DNA of 64,000 nucleotides from Octopus vulgaris (lineage: Eukaryota), in the NCBI GenBank assembly GCA_951406725.2, contig OX597826.1, positions 72,416,001 to 72,480,000 on the forward strand, read 5' to 3'. How positions within the stretch are numbered: the stretch's first letter is position 1; every line of letters begins with the position of its first letter. Below, one piece after another: positions 26,444 through 38,624 of this stretch. Below the pieces are notes generated by a model. The model had not been told where the DNA came from, ran no database searches, and worked only from the letters and a program-made list of their open reading frames with translations. The translations under genes were made by a program, and so were the position numbers.

Positions 26444-26712
26444 ACCATCATCATCATTTAACGTCCGTTTTCCGTGCTGGCATGGGTTGGACGGTTTGAC
26501 TGACAAGCCAGTAGGCTGCACCAGGCTCCAATCTGATCTGGCAAGGTTTCTACAGCTGGATGCCCTTCCTAATACTAACCACTCCGAGAGAGTAGTGGGT
26601 GCTTTTTAGGGGCCGCTAGCACAGGAGCCAGTCAGGTGGGCATGGCATTTATCACGTTCAGATGGTGCTTTTTACATGCCACTAGCACGGGACCCAGTCA
26701 GGGGGCACTGGC
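26444..26712 (-). mobile_element. Family T tail, reverse orientation
   Basis: (cat)n, ttaacgtccgttttcc...ggatgcccttcctaa. Confidence 0.8.
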
Positions 26713-28139
26713 CATATATATATGTATATGTGTGTGTATATACACACATATACATACAGTATATATATGTATATGTGTATGTATGTATTCCTGATATCAT
26801 GTGATGGTTGTAAATGAACATCATTGTCATATTAACAGTATTGTTTGTTTCCAGTCTTTCAAAGAAAATGTCTTGCCATGGGCCATGTTACCTTGTTTGG
26901 AATCAGGTTGAGGGCTGGCAACAGAAAGGGCGTAAAACAGTAGAAAATCTGCCTTAGTTAATTCGTCTGACCCATGCAAGCATGGAAAGTAAGCTTATTA
27001 TGATGATGATGATGTGCTCAGCTGGTTCATATAATGAATCAATGATCCACTTTTATTTTGCCTTCATATAATTGGTGATGTATTAATGAAGAGATAAGAC
27101 AGTTGAATGGATAATGTATTTGACTGCTGTCTCATAGATCATCAGTTCAAATCCTGAGCAGGATCTCATTCCCTTCACAACATAAAATTACAAATAAGCA
27201 CTGGTTCTGAAAAGCCACTCACCACTAAGAAAATATGCTGTGAAGTTTAATGGTCATCATCTCATTGTCTGGTTGAGCTTGCTCAGACATACCCTTTTCT
27301 GGATGTCTTTCGATTGCTAATTTCTAGTTTGTGGTTGCAGGTCCTAAAGACGATCACAGTGCCAGTCAAACTGATGGGTTTCCCAGACCAAGGTTCATGA
27401 AAGCATAATTTCTTCTGCAAAGTGGGAAGAAATTCAAAGATAAATTATCTTTTTTTTTTGTATACTTTGTATTTCATTCCCTACTATGATCCTCCTTTCC
27501 GATGGCAGTGGAATTTCTACTCTTTCCAGGGCTTCAGGATTTCATTGTGACCCTGGCTGGGTGGCTAATGGATGTTATGCTTTGCCAAAGGTCAACTAGT
27601 GATTTTGTCTGGGACTGCTTATTGAGTATTTGGAGCTAACCTGTATATCTACCAGCCATTTTCCTATCTGTGAAGGCACATGGCTCAGTGATTAGAGCAC
27701 CAGGCTCATAATCATGAGGTAGTGAATTCAATTCCTGGACCGGGCTGTGTGTTGTGTTTTCTTGATCAAGACACTTTATTTCACGTTTCTCCAGTTCACT
27801 CAGCTGTAGAAATGAGTTGCAACGTCACAGGTGCCAAACTGTATCGACCCCTTTGCCTTTCCCTTGGATAACAATGTTGGCGGGGAGAGAAGCGGCTGGT
27901 ATGCATGGGCAACTGTTGGTCTTCCACAAACAACTTTGCCTGGACTTGTGTCTCAGAGGGGGACTTTCTAGTTGCAATTCCATGGTCATTCATGACCAAA
28001 GGGCTTCTTACTCTTTTTACTCTCTCCTATCCACAAACTGGGGCTCTGATGGATGGGAATCATCACCACTCCATTTGTAGTTCATGTACAACCAAAGGAT
28101 TGTCAAATCAAAATTTATTGGGGTTAGTTTACTGATTAC

Positions 28140-28610
28140 CATATGGTTGTCTTGTCAGTTCTGACCTTACTGCAGTTAAGGTCCTGGACTGCTGACAACA
28201 TGGGCATTAGTTCGAACCTTATTGTTGTTAGGTTACTGATCACATGTGTATCAATTCTGGGGTACTGAATTGCTTGCCTCATGGACATCAATTCTAAGGT
28301 ACTGAACTATTGTCCATATGGTCATCACTCCAAACTTTACTGTAGTTAGGATACTGACCACATGGGTGTCAATTCTGTGATACTGGGCTTCTGATCACAT
28401 AGCCATCAGTTCAAATCTTATCATAGGTTGGTCATTGAAAACATGAGCATTGGTTCAAATCTTGTAGTTAGGTTCTTGATCACTTGATCATTGGTTCTAA
28501 TTTTATTGCAATGTACAAATTGACCATGTGGGAATCAGTACTCATATTTCTGTAGTTAAGAAACTGTACTATTGACTATATATGGTCACGAGTTTGAATT
28601 TTACTACCCA
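28140..28610. repeat. Degenerate minisatellite (~45-bp unit)
   Basis: Recurring gttcaaatctt...tgtagttagg.tactga.cacatgg. Confidence 0.5.
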
Positions 28611-29159
28611 CATCATCATCATCATTTGATCTTTAGTCCTAATTTTACTGCTAGAACCACAATGATGATGCATTCCAGAGCAAAGTACCGTTCTTCCAGT
28701 CTGCCTGACAGACATGAAACAGTTTCCACCACTCTGTAGTTAGAAGTAGGAAAAGATTAGCCATCTACCTGCAAAATAAAAACCATCCCACCCCTGCAAA
28801 ACTTGGAAGGCATAAACCAGAAGTGACAGGTAACATAAACTACCCTATGTTATGTTGGTATGTGTGAAAATGGTTATTTAACAAGAACACCTATTCCTTT
28901 ATTGGTTTCATTCATTGGGTGACATCTGTGCTGAGACTCTGCTGTCACTGGTTTTGGTATAATCACTTCATTCTCGGGATACGTTTTAGTTTAGTGTTCA
29001 TTTTATTGTATAACTAAATTTTTCATTTTTGACATAAAGGAATGCAACTTGACAGCAGTTTATGCTGGTGAGCATAAACAGAGAGAGAGAGAGACACGCA
29101 TGCACACATACTCAGGAGTGTGTGTATGCATGTGCATACATATATATATATATATATAT

Positions 29160-29545
29160 ATGTGGCTGTGTGGTAAGTAGCTTGCTAACCAACCACATGG
29201 TTGCGGGTTCAGTCCCACTGCGTGGCATCTTGGGCAAGTGTCTTCTGCTATAGCCCCGGGCCGACCAATGCCTTGTGAGTGGATTTGGTAGATGGAAACT
29301 GAAAGAAGCCTGTCGTATATATGTATATATATATGTATATGTGTGTCTGTGTTTGTCCCCCTAACATTGCTTGACAACCGATGCTGGTGTGTTTACGTCC
29401 CCGTCACTTAGCAGTTTGGCAAAAGAGACCGATAGAATAAGTACTGGGCTTACAAAGAATAAGTCCCGGGGTCGATTTGCTCGACTAAAGGCGGTGCTCC
29501 AGCATGGCCGCAGTCAAATGACTGAAACAAGTAAAAGAGTAAGAG
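29160..29545 (+). mobile_element. tRNA-headed SINE family B (CORE-like CTTGGGCAAGTG). Other copies: ~10058-10340, 19995-20440(-), 25780-25930, 26048-26435, 34466-34855, 41224-41565, 44898-45262
   Basis: TGGCTGTGTGGTAAG...GGGTTCAGTCCC pol III boxes, common tail ctccagcatggccgcagtcaaatgactgaaacaagtaaaag. Confidence 0.85.
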
Positions 29546-29549
29546 TATA

Positions 29550-29850
29550 TAGTGGTTGTCCACTCCTCATGCAGAGTTTGACTCCCTCCTGTACCAACAC
29601 CGTAGCACCATCATGGCATCTGATGTGGCTTTTTAAACCAGACAATGTTCTGAAAAGACACCCACATAGATTGCATATCTGATTTGGACCAGCAAGAGCA
29701 GCAGTTAAGTTCTGGTCTTTGTGGATCTTAGAATGTCTTTTGAGGCCTCCGTTGGATTTGCAAACCTTTGGCATGCATTGTATTGAAAGGTGTGCACAGA
29801 CATTTAGGCAGAATAGTTGGTGGAGGTTCATTTTCCATGGATTTCAAAGA
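29550..29850 (-). mobile_element. RTE LINE 3' end with two C2H2-like fingers
   Basis: KVCKSNGGLKRHSKIH and CNLCGCLFRTLSGLKSHIRCH, with no splice context. Confidence 0.55.
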
Positions 29851-30212
29851 TGTGTCTGAAATAAAGGAATAAGAGTTCTCTTGCTTGAAAAACAAGGAAG
29901 GATTAGCAACAGGAAGAGCATTCCTCTGTCAAACAGTGCCTCATAATATGTATTCATCACCCCATGGCAGCATAGAAAATAGACGGTTCCACTCTCAAAG
30001 CATTGGTCAATCAAATACTTTTTCCAGATTTCTTACATAGACAGGAAGTGTACGTGGGATTGTGTAATTTGATACTTCTTCTTAAGAGTATCAGGTAAGT
30101 GAACTGGTTTAAATTAGGAGTGAAAAACTGATTAACTGAATGTTTAAAATGATGGTAGGATGTTATTGCAACTACAACAATTTTAACTATTGAATTATTC
30201 TTTTCCTCTCAG

Positions 30213-30302
30213 CAACTCTTACAGATGGAACTAAATTTGATTCTTCCCGAGACCGCGACAAACCATTTACATTTAAAGTTGGAGGTGGTTTTGTAATCAA
30301 AG
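30213..30302 (+). CDS. FKBP1A: FKBP12 coding exon 3 ([30 protein letters not shown])
   Basis: cttttcctctcag acceptor, gtaagt donor, 90 nt, hallmark [11 protein letters not shown] motif. Confidence 0.96.
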
Positions 30303-30660
30303 GTAAGTAATACTTAACCATGTCATTAGAGCATCACACATGTTAGTTTGTGAAAAGTCAAAAGATTTTTTTTTTAAAGACATCAGTGAAAGTACTGAAA
30401 CTCTTTTATAATGTTTGTACTATTATTATTATTATTATTAAGGTGGCTCACTGGTCAAATTGCTTGCATGCTGGGCAAAATGCTTGGCGGCATTTTGTCT
30501 ATTTTTACATTCTGAGTTCAGATTCTGCTAAGATTGACTTTGCCCTTCACCTTTTTGGAGTTGATAAAATATGTACCAGTTGAGCTTTGGGGTAGATGTA
30601 ATTGTCTTACTCACTCCACTAAAATTGCTGGCCTTGTACCAAAATTTGAAACCAGGCTTC

Positions 30661-30921
30661 ATGGAGGGAATGACCAAGACCTTTGGCATTATATCGTGCT
30701 TGAGAAGAAGACCCATCAAGCCGAGCAAAGTCACAGTCGTGGCAGATGCTGGTGTCATGTAAATAGGCACCCATTATCCAATCGGAGTGGTTTGCATTAG
30801 GAAGAGCATCCAGCCATAGAAAACGATGCCAAATCAGACTGGAGCCTGGCGCAACCTTCCAGCATGCCAGTCCAGTCAAACCATCAAACTATGCCATCAT
30901 TAAGTGATGATGATGATGATG
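30661..30921 (+). mobile_element. Family T variant retaining the RTE ORF end
   Basis: EGMT...DLWHYIVLEKKT followed by the shared 3' block. Confidence 0.7.
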
Positions 30922-31390
30922 AAGGTGGCAAGCCGACAGAATTGTTAGTACACCAGTTAAGGCGGCGAACTGGCAGAAACGTTAGCATGTTGGGTGAAAT
31001 GCTTAGCGGTATTTTGTCTGCCGTTACGTTCTGAGTTCAAATTCCGCTGAGGTCGACTTTGCCTTTCATCCTTTCGGGGTCGATTAAATAAGTACCAGTT
31101 ACGCACTGGGTTCGATGTAATCGACTTAATCCCTTTGTCTGTCCTTGTTTGTCCCCTCTATGTTTAGCCCCTTGTGGGCAATAAAGAAATAAGAGTTGTT
31201 AGTACCGCAGGTAAAATGCTTAGTGGTGTTTCATCCATCTTTGTGTTTTGAGTTCAAATTCTGCCGAGGTCACCTTTTCCTTTCATTCTTTTGGTGTCGA
31301 TAAAATAAGTACCAGTTGAATATTGGGGTTGATGCAATTGACTTACCCATCTTCTGAAATTGCTGTCCTTGTGCCAAAATCTGAACTCAT
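30922..31390 (+). mobile_element. Family A SINE nested within another family A SINE
   Basis: Outer head is broken at ttgttagtac, which recurs at ~31196 after a full inner copy. Confidence 0.7.
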
Positions 31391-31499
31391 TATTATTTTT
31401 GTTGTGGTTTACGAAGTGTAATTTACTGTAAAATTTCAAAACAAGCTGTAGTGACAAAATCCGTTTCTCTTAGTGGTCCTTAAGTATTGGAACTCTGCG

Positions 31500-32340
31500 T
31501 GCTCTATCTTTGTCTCAGGTTAGGTTCTAACACGCCAACCACCCAGTGTCTTTTTGGTTTTAATTCTCCCTGGGGACATTATCTTTGCTCTCAGCTTTTG
31601 TCTTCCTCTCACAAACACCTGCCGTAGCCATGATGGAGCATTTTCTGCTTACCGCATTACTGTGATTCCAGCTGGATAGGATACAGTGCATGTAGCCACA
31701 AACCCATGATATCCTATCTCTACTTGGGGAACCATACCATAAACTGCCATTTTTGTACACCACATGATTCTATAAGCCCTTGTCTTTCTTATTTAAGGGC
31801 CTTTCTTTCACGAGCTCATTCCCTATTACCATTTTAATGCACAGTCTGTTTGACAATAACGTTTTTATGGCAAATCAGACCAAGCCATGGGATCAGGGCA
31901 CTGTGTTCTATTGTAATATGGTTTGGGAATACGAGTGATTTCTTCAAATCTCCCTGCATCTTACAGAAGTCTGGATGTTGGATTTCTTTTGTTAACTTTC
32001 CTGCTTTGTTCCTTCTTTTTATGGAAAGCAACTTTGTATTGATTCTAATTGCATTAATGTCGCTGCAACGTTGTTTTTGTGGATCAAGAACTTGTTCATG
32101 CTCCCAAGAATACTCTACAAGGGATGATGACTCATATCTGTCCAGGATATGTTCCAAGGACACATATCGTCTGCACCAATGGCATTTATCCATATCACTG
32201 TAAACCCAAATGCTTTCAGGAGCCAACCTGGCTGATCCCACTTTTTATAAGGTGTTCCATGATAGTTTCTTTTGTTACAGTTGTCTCCCTTGCTGCCTAG
32301 GAACATTGAATTTTCCAATCCTTGGTTGACTGTTCCACTT
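31500..32340 (-). mobile_element. Decayed REL-endonuclease non-LTR element (HERO/NeSL-like)
   Basis: CHWC...SLEHIL...YSWEHEQVL and DLKKSLVFPNHIT motifs, frameshifted. Confidence 0.6.
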
Positions 32341-32364
32341 CTTCAACATATTGTATTTCTTTGC

Positions 32365-33120
32365 TCACCATCTTCTTCTTCTTAGGCCTCTTGATTCTTT
32401 GGGGAACATAGGGCTGCAACGACATATTTCTAATGGACACAGTTCTGGGGGATCCTCTTCAGTTCGGCCCACATCATTCTGGCTGCCCTCACCTCTGCGC
32501 CAAGGCTGAAGTGTCTTATTCAAGGCAGTCTTCAACCTCTCAAGGATAATTTTCGTCAATACTTTCCCTGGGATGGTTAGCAGCATGACTCCCCTCCAGT
32601 TATTGCAGAATGATAGGTCCCCTTTCATGGGCAGCTTTACCAGGTGTCCTTTCTTCCAGTCTTCTGGCACTCTCTCTCCTGTTCCCAGACCTTCTTCAGG
32701 TGAGGGTACAACATCTCAGTTGAAGTCTGAACGTCTGCTTTCAATGCTTCAGGTGGTATCGCATCGGGGCCTGCTGCCTTTCCTCACTTAAGGGACTTGA
32801 TGGCTTTGGTGATCTCAGTTTTGGTTGGTGGATTGGTGTTGATGTCCTAGGAGCTCGGTCGGTTGTGGGATGTCTGGCGGGGGGGGACGACTGATGGTAC
32901 AGGTCTGTTTAGTGTTTCCTTAAAGTGATGCTCTCCGTTCTTCTTCGCCTGGGATAATGTTTCCATTCTTGTCTTTGACTGGATGGCTGGCTTTTCCAGA
33001 GAGTCTGTTCTGGTGATCTCATGCAGTCTCTTTATGTTTCTTTGGATTGCCGCAGTCTCTGCCTTCTCCGTCAGCTCCTCAATGACATTTCTCTTGTCCT
33101 TCCTTGCATTTGTCTTCACA
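32365..33120 (-). mobile_element. RTE LINE RT fragment with internal deletion
   Basis: PEDWKKGHLVKLPMKGDLSFCNNWRGVMLLTIPGKVLTKIILERLK; (aga)n tail at ~32370. Confidence 0.85.
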
Positions 33121-33806
33121 TTCTGATTGTTGAATATCGTTAATCAAATTCTTTTAATACTGAGTGCTTTATTGATATCTGCTAGGATTTTTTATTCCGT
33201 TTTGTTTTATATGCACGCACACACACACACACACCATTATCTACTTGCCATGCTGCCATGAATGAATTGGACAGGATGCCACAATCAGGGCCAACACATA
33301 TCCAGAATTACTGTTCACTTCAACAAATTGAAGGACCACATCTTGATCATGTTTCAAATTTATTTATTTATTAATTAATTTTTTTTTCATTTTGTATGGC
33401 TGGATGCTCTTTCTAACACCATCCACTTTAAACTATGGGTGAGCTGATCGCATCCCTGACAGACATGACTTTAGGGACCTCAGGACCTTTTCATCTCTGC
33501 TTGCTCACCAGCCTCTTTACAGGGTGGGAAGCAAGAATGTGTATGTGTGTGTGAGTGAGTAGTTATATATATTTCTTTATTACCTACAAGGGGCTAAACA
33601 TAGAGGGGACAAACAAGGACAGACAAAGGGATTAAGTCGATTACATCGACCCCAGTGCGAAACTGGTACTTTATTTATCAACCCTGAAAGGCAAAGTTCA
33701 CCTCGGCGGAATTTGAACTCAGAATGTAATGACAGATGAATTACCGCTAAGCATTTTGCCCGGCGCGCTAACGTTTCTGCCAGCTCACCACCTTGTGAGT
33801 AAGTAG

Positions 33807-33845
<39 letters not shown>

Positions 33846-34138
33846 AGTATAGTATATCTTGTGTGTACAAATAGATGTACAACTACTGCTTTTAAGCTTA
33901 CAGCTTCTTGTAGATTATCAACAAAATACTTAAAGAAAGCATCACCATCTATCCAACTCTGGACGTTAGTTCTCTGTATCATAATGCTATTAAGTAGTGT
34001 TCCTTGATCATTTGATGTGGTTAAACATTTAATTACACTTGGAACATCCAATGCAGAGTTCCACACAACCACAATCAGGAAATGTATGTAGGAACTAATG
34101 ATGTAAACTTGTGTTTTATATTTCTCCTATATATATCT

Positions 34139-34452
34139 ACTGTTGTGTCTGGGGAGAGTCATTTTCTTTTTGTGCCTTATTATTGTAACACACTCACCGG
34201 TAAAATTTCCACTTTTTTTCTTATTTTTATTTTCCTAAAACTTTCTTTGCGTCTTGCAACCTTTTCAATAGTTTTGACTCTTTTCAATAGTTTTTAGGAA
34301 AATAAAAATAAGAAAAAAAAAGTTGAAATTTTACCGTTGAGTGTGTTACATTATAAGGCACAAAAAGAAAATGACTCTCCCCAGACACAACAGAATATGC
34401 TTCAACACTCAAACTCATATAAAGAATCTTGCAAACCAAATCCAAAAACGAA
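34139..34452. mobile_element. Palindromic foldback element, family P2, copy 2
   Basis: tgttgtgtctggggagagtcattttc recurs inverted as gaaaatgactctccccagacacaaca, and shares sequence with 12806-13112. Confidence 0.8.
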
Positions 34453-34874
34453 ATATATATATATAGGCACAGGAGTGGCTGTGTGGTAAATAGCTTGCTT
34501 ACCAACTACATGGTCCTGAGTTCAGTCCCATTGCATGGCACCTTGGGCAAGTGTCTTCTATTATATTCTTGGGCTGACCAAAGCCTTGTGAGTGTATTTG
34601 GTTGATGGAAACTGAAAGAAGCCTGCCACACCCACACGCGTGTGTGTATATTTGTGTGTCTGTGTTTGTCCCCCCTAGCATTGTTTGACAACCGATGCTG
34701 ATGTGTTTACGTCCCTGTAACTTAACAGTTTGGCAAAAGAGACTGACAGAATAAGTACTAGGCTTACAAAGAATAGGTCCTGGGGTCAATTAACTCTACT
34801 AAAGGTGGTGCTCCAGTATGGCTGCAGTCAAATAACAGAAACAAGTAAAAGAAAAAAAGTATACATACACACGT

Positions 34875-34907
<33 letters not shown>

Positions 34908-34975
34908 TATAAAATGACTGTTATATTGTCGAAATGTTTCATGAGGCTATATAATTTTTTTTCTTTCCTCTTCAG

Positions 34976-34998
34976 GCTGGGATGAAGGTATTACCCAG
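34976..34998 (+). CDS. FKBP1A: FKBP12 coding exon 4, a 23-nt micro-exon (GWDEGITQ)
   Basis: Long pyrimidine tract plus cag, donor CAG|gtaact. Supplies the invariant GW(D/E)EG motif with matching phases. Confidence 0.93.
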
Positions 34999-35123
34999 GT
35001 AACTGTTTTCTTTTTTTCCCTTCCCAATATTTCTTTATTTATTCATGTTTTAAGTATTCTTTATAAGAAGTCTGATAGAAACTCCTTAATTGTTAAGTAA
35101 GTGTTAAGATTGATTAAATTTAG

Positions 35124-35330
35124 TGCAGCCTCGCCTGGCACCAGTGCAGGTGGCACGTAAAAAGCACCCACTACACTCACGAAGTGGTTGGCGTTAGGAA
35201 GGGCATCCAGCTGTAGAAACATTGCCAGATAAGACCGGAGCCTGGTGCAGTCTTCTGGCTTCCCAGATCCCTGGTCGAACCGTCCAACCCATGCTAGCAT
35301 GGAAAGCGGACGTTAAACGATGATGATGAT
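35124..35330 (+). mobile_element. Family T tail; an inverted partner lies at ~35530-35650
   Basis: Shared 3' block. Confidence 0.8.
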
Positions 35331-35859
35331 GTTGTTGTTTAAACTCGGGTCAGTCTTGACCGGACAGGTATGAAGAACAGAGGTATTCTGGCTGTAACTA
35401 TAATATTCAGCCATATTAGGATTAGAGTATCCTTTTTTTTTAACATGATGATGTAAAAGAAATTTGGGTACTATTTTTAGCAGATCTTGGAAGTAAAGAT
35501 TCTTTATTAGCTTGAAATGACTACAGATTCTCATCATCATTATTTATTGTCCGTTTTTCCATGCTGGCATGGGTTGGACGGTTTGACTGGAGCTGGTAAG
35601 GATGGGAGCTGCACCATGTTGCAGTGATCTGTTTTGGCATGGTTTCTACAGAGTGTAGTTGGTGCTTTCCATGTGGCACCCACACAGGGTCATCAGGCAA
35701 ATTGCAACACAAAACTCCTCGGCTGAGAGGGGAGGTAGTATTGAGTGGGGTAGCTTTGTGCCAGTTTAGAAATTAAAGGTAGAGAATGACGAGGATAGAC
35801 GTCTTTTTGTAGAGTGGATGGATGTCTTGCAAACGATTTTCACATGCAAGTGTTACCAG

Positions 35860-36340
35860 TCAAAAACTCTGCATACCAGAAGCCAGCAAGTGTATGGGGT
35901 CATCAGGAGAGAATGCGCGCTGTTTTGGGGCCTACCTCTCGACGGCATCAATGCGCACCAGCCCCCCTCACTGATATAAGGCCCCGCTTGCTAGATTAGC
36001 TGGTTATCAAATAAAGCTCAATATTCTTCTAGCCATAGCTCATCGTCTCTTTTTAACCAAATCCAGTGGCTGGCCTTCTCCATTGTAGATTGGATATCGG
36101 TCATGGTGGTATTGACTTTACGATGAGTTAGGCCTAGTGATAACAACAGTCGTCTCACACTGTGTCCAACGAACCCTCTACATCTGACTTTGATTGGAAA
36201 ATGTTCTGCTTTCCAGCTTGTGTCTTCACATTCCTCGAGGAGGTTTACATAACAGTCAATCTTTCGAGCCCGAGTGGCGTCCATATTATCTTCATGAGGA
36301 ACTGTTAACTCGACTAGATTTACAACTTTCCAGTTGAAAG
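35860..36340 (-). mobile_element. HERO/NeSL-like element 3' end (REL endonuclease plus 3' UTR)
   Basis: LVELTVPHEDNMDATRARKIDCY...PIKVRCRGF...EKASHWIWLKR. Confidence 0.8.
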
Positions 36341-36968
36341 AGAAAGGAAAGAAAATCAAGGGCAGGAATTGTAGAGACACTGTATAAGTACTTGAATGTA
36401 CTGACAGGTAATCATAGTGATATTATCAACATGTAAGACTCAGAACAGTGGTAACAGTGCTTGGATAAGAAATATTTCTGAAGAATACCTAAGAATCTTG
36501 GAAGAAAATCTAGTCCATTCAACTGAAAGTGTACATTTTTCATGAAATATTTGTTTGAAATTCATTCAGTGTGTATTCCATAGAAGTTTCCTTAGTTGTG
36601 ATCCAAAGTATTTGTTGCATATATTTTATGTTTTATATATGACGTTAGGAAGGGCATCCAGCTGTAGAAACATTGCCAGATTGGATTGGAGCCTGGTACA
36701 GCCTTTTGACTCATCAGCCCTCAGTCAAACCGTCCAACCCATGCCAGCATACCAATGATGATGATGATGATGATATGTAATAGCATAAGCAGAGATAGAA
36801 TACTAGGAGAATATCTTCTTTAAATAAGCTCCTAATTATCCACATACATCAGATATTTCGCAATTATTCTATTAGCTAAATTCATTCATGTTCCGTAGAC
36901 AATTCCTTTACTGATCATTGCAAATCATTAATGTTTTCTTTTTCCATTTTTATTTCCTGTTATTTTAG

Positions 36969-37042
36969 ATGAGTCTTGGTGAAAGGTCAAAATTGATCTG
37001 CACACCTGACTATGGATACGGTCCAAAGGGTTATCCAGGAGT
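36969..37042 (+). CDS. FKBP1A: FKBP12 coding exon 5 ([25 protein letters not shown])
   Basis: ttttag acceptor, matches [24 protein letters not shown], ends at the U12 donor ATATCCTTT. Confidence 0.93.
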
Positions 37043-37276
37043 ATATCCTTTTGGCATGTCACAGGTGAATATTTCATACATTTGAACAGGTTGAATATAG
37101 CAAACTTGCTTGGCCAGGTATCAAGTTCTTGTATGAGGGAATGATTTGAGTTATAAAGTACATTATAGTAAGTAATAGTGATTGATTAGATAGGGAATTA
37201 CCATATGCCCTGGCCTAGAAGTGGATGTGGTATATAATATAAACATTTGTATAATATAATATAAACAAGCATGACC

Positions 37277-37780
37277 TTTGAACGTTGGGCCTCACAGAAG
37301 CAATGACGAAAGACTGAGACCTCTGGAGACATGCTGTGACTGTGAAGACCCAACAAATAACGTGAGTTCATGGCTGTTTCCTGCACCAGCTTCACATAAC
37401 CAGCCCCAGCCCATCCAAAGTACCTTGGATCGCAGGATGGCCTGCTGTGCTTACCTTGGATCGTAGGGAGACCTGCTGTGCTTGAGGAGACCTATTGAGT
37501 CAAGTACATCAACATCAAATAAAAATCAAATGGAAATTGTAGTTGTGATACCTGTACCAGTGGCATGTAAAAAGCGCCACCTTGACTGGCTTCCGTGCCA
37601 GTGGCACGTAAAAAGCACCCACTACTCTCACGGAGTGGTTGGCGTTAGGAAGGGCATCCAGCTGTAGAAACTCTGCCAGATCAGACTGGAGCCTGATGCA
37701 GCCTCCTGGCTTCCCAGGCCCCGGTTGAACCGTCCAGCCCATGCTAGTGTGGAAAACGGACGTTAAACGATGATGATGAT
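37277..37780 (+). mobile_element. 5'-truncated RTE LINE tail (family T) with ORF C-terminus, tandem units and (gat)n tail, inside the U12 intron
   Basis: TLGLTEAMTKD*DLWRHAVTVKT, then GGCACGTAAAAAGCACC units, GGCGTTAGGAAGGGCATCCAGCTGTAGAAA and (gat)n. Confidence 0.8.
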
Positions 37781-38069
37781 TCGTACACCATCACAGTCTT
37801 TCCAAATCCTGCTGCATTTATATGGAAATTTCAAGAGTAGGCCGTTCCATCGATCGGATCACCTGGAACACTTATTGCCATAACTGACAGAGAACCAGTT
37901 ATGGTTAAGCTTATTTGTTTAGATTGCAAAATTTACTTAATTTTACTTATAATCCCATCCTGTACTTGTATGCATGAATGTATGTGAGTGGGGTATCTTC
38001 CTAAATTAGTTACATTATATGTTTTCCTTGTCTACTATTTACTATCCTGGTAAGTAAACTCTGCAAGTG

Positions 38070-38624
38070 AAATCAAAATCAAATTCGATGACTGGCATCC
38101 GTGCTAGCGGGGTGCAAAGAGCACCATACGAGTGTGATCGTTGCCAGAGCGGCTAACTGGCTTCCGTGCCAGTGGCACATAAAAGGCACCATTCGAGTGT
38201 GATTGTTACAAGTGTTGCCTTACTGGAACTTCTGCCTGTGTTAGTAGGGTGCCAAGAGCACCATCCGAGCGTGATTGTTGCCAGAGTGACTAACTGGCTT
38301 CTGTGCTGGTGGCACATAAAAAGCACCATTTAAGTGTGATCATTACCAGCATTTCCTTACTGGCACCTGTGCCGGTGGCATGTGTAAAAAGATTCAAGCG
38401 AGGTCATTGCCAGTACCGCCTGACTGGCCCCCGTGCCGGTGGCACATAAAAAGCACCCACTACACTCTCGGAGTGGTTGGTGTTAGGAAGAGCATCCAGC
38501 TGTAGAAACACTGCCAGATCAAGATTGGTCCCTGGTGCAGCCATCTGGTTCGCCAGCCCTCAGTCAAAATCGTCCAACCCATGCTAGCATGGAAAGCAGA
38601 CGTTAAACAACAATGATGATGATG
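38070..38624 (+). mobile_element. Family T tail with ~6 tandem units, inside the U12 intron; near-identical to 45302-45845
   Basis: Both start gaaatcaaaatcaaattcgatgactggcatccgtgctagc. Confidence 0.85.

Noticed and set aside
29514-29831. C2H2 zinc-finger-like ORF as a host gene
   Set aside because: No TGEKP linkers or splice sites; it looks like an RTE C-terminal finger.
30220-30224. Second in-frame acceptor (cttacag) 12 nt inside FKBP exon 3
   Set aside because: It would delete ATLT from a core strand, and the upstream AG has the better pyrimidine tract.
33860-34080. Possible Penelope RT fragment on - (GDAFFKYFVDNLQEAVSLKAVVVHLF)
   Set aside because: Similarity too weak to call without a search.
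37041-37050. GT at 37041 as an ordinary U2 donor (GGA|GTATAT)
   Set aside because: No AG precedes the IPPN exon, whereas the AT-AC reading fits the U12 donor, branch site and frame exactly.
38070-38624. Regularly spaced GGCAC-TAAAA-GCACC repeats resembling a CRISPR array
   Set aside because: The spacers are homologous to each other, the context is eukaryotic, there are no cas genes, and it is part of a LINE 3' UTR.
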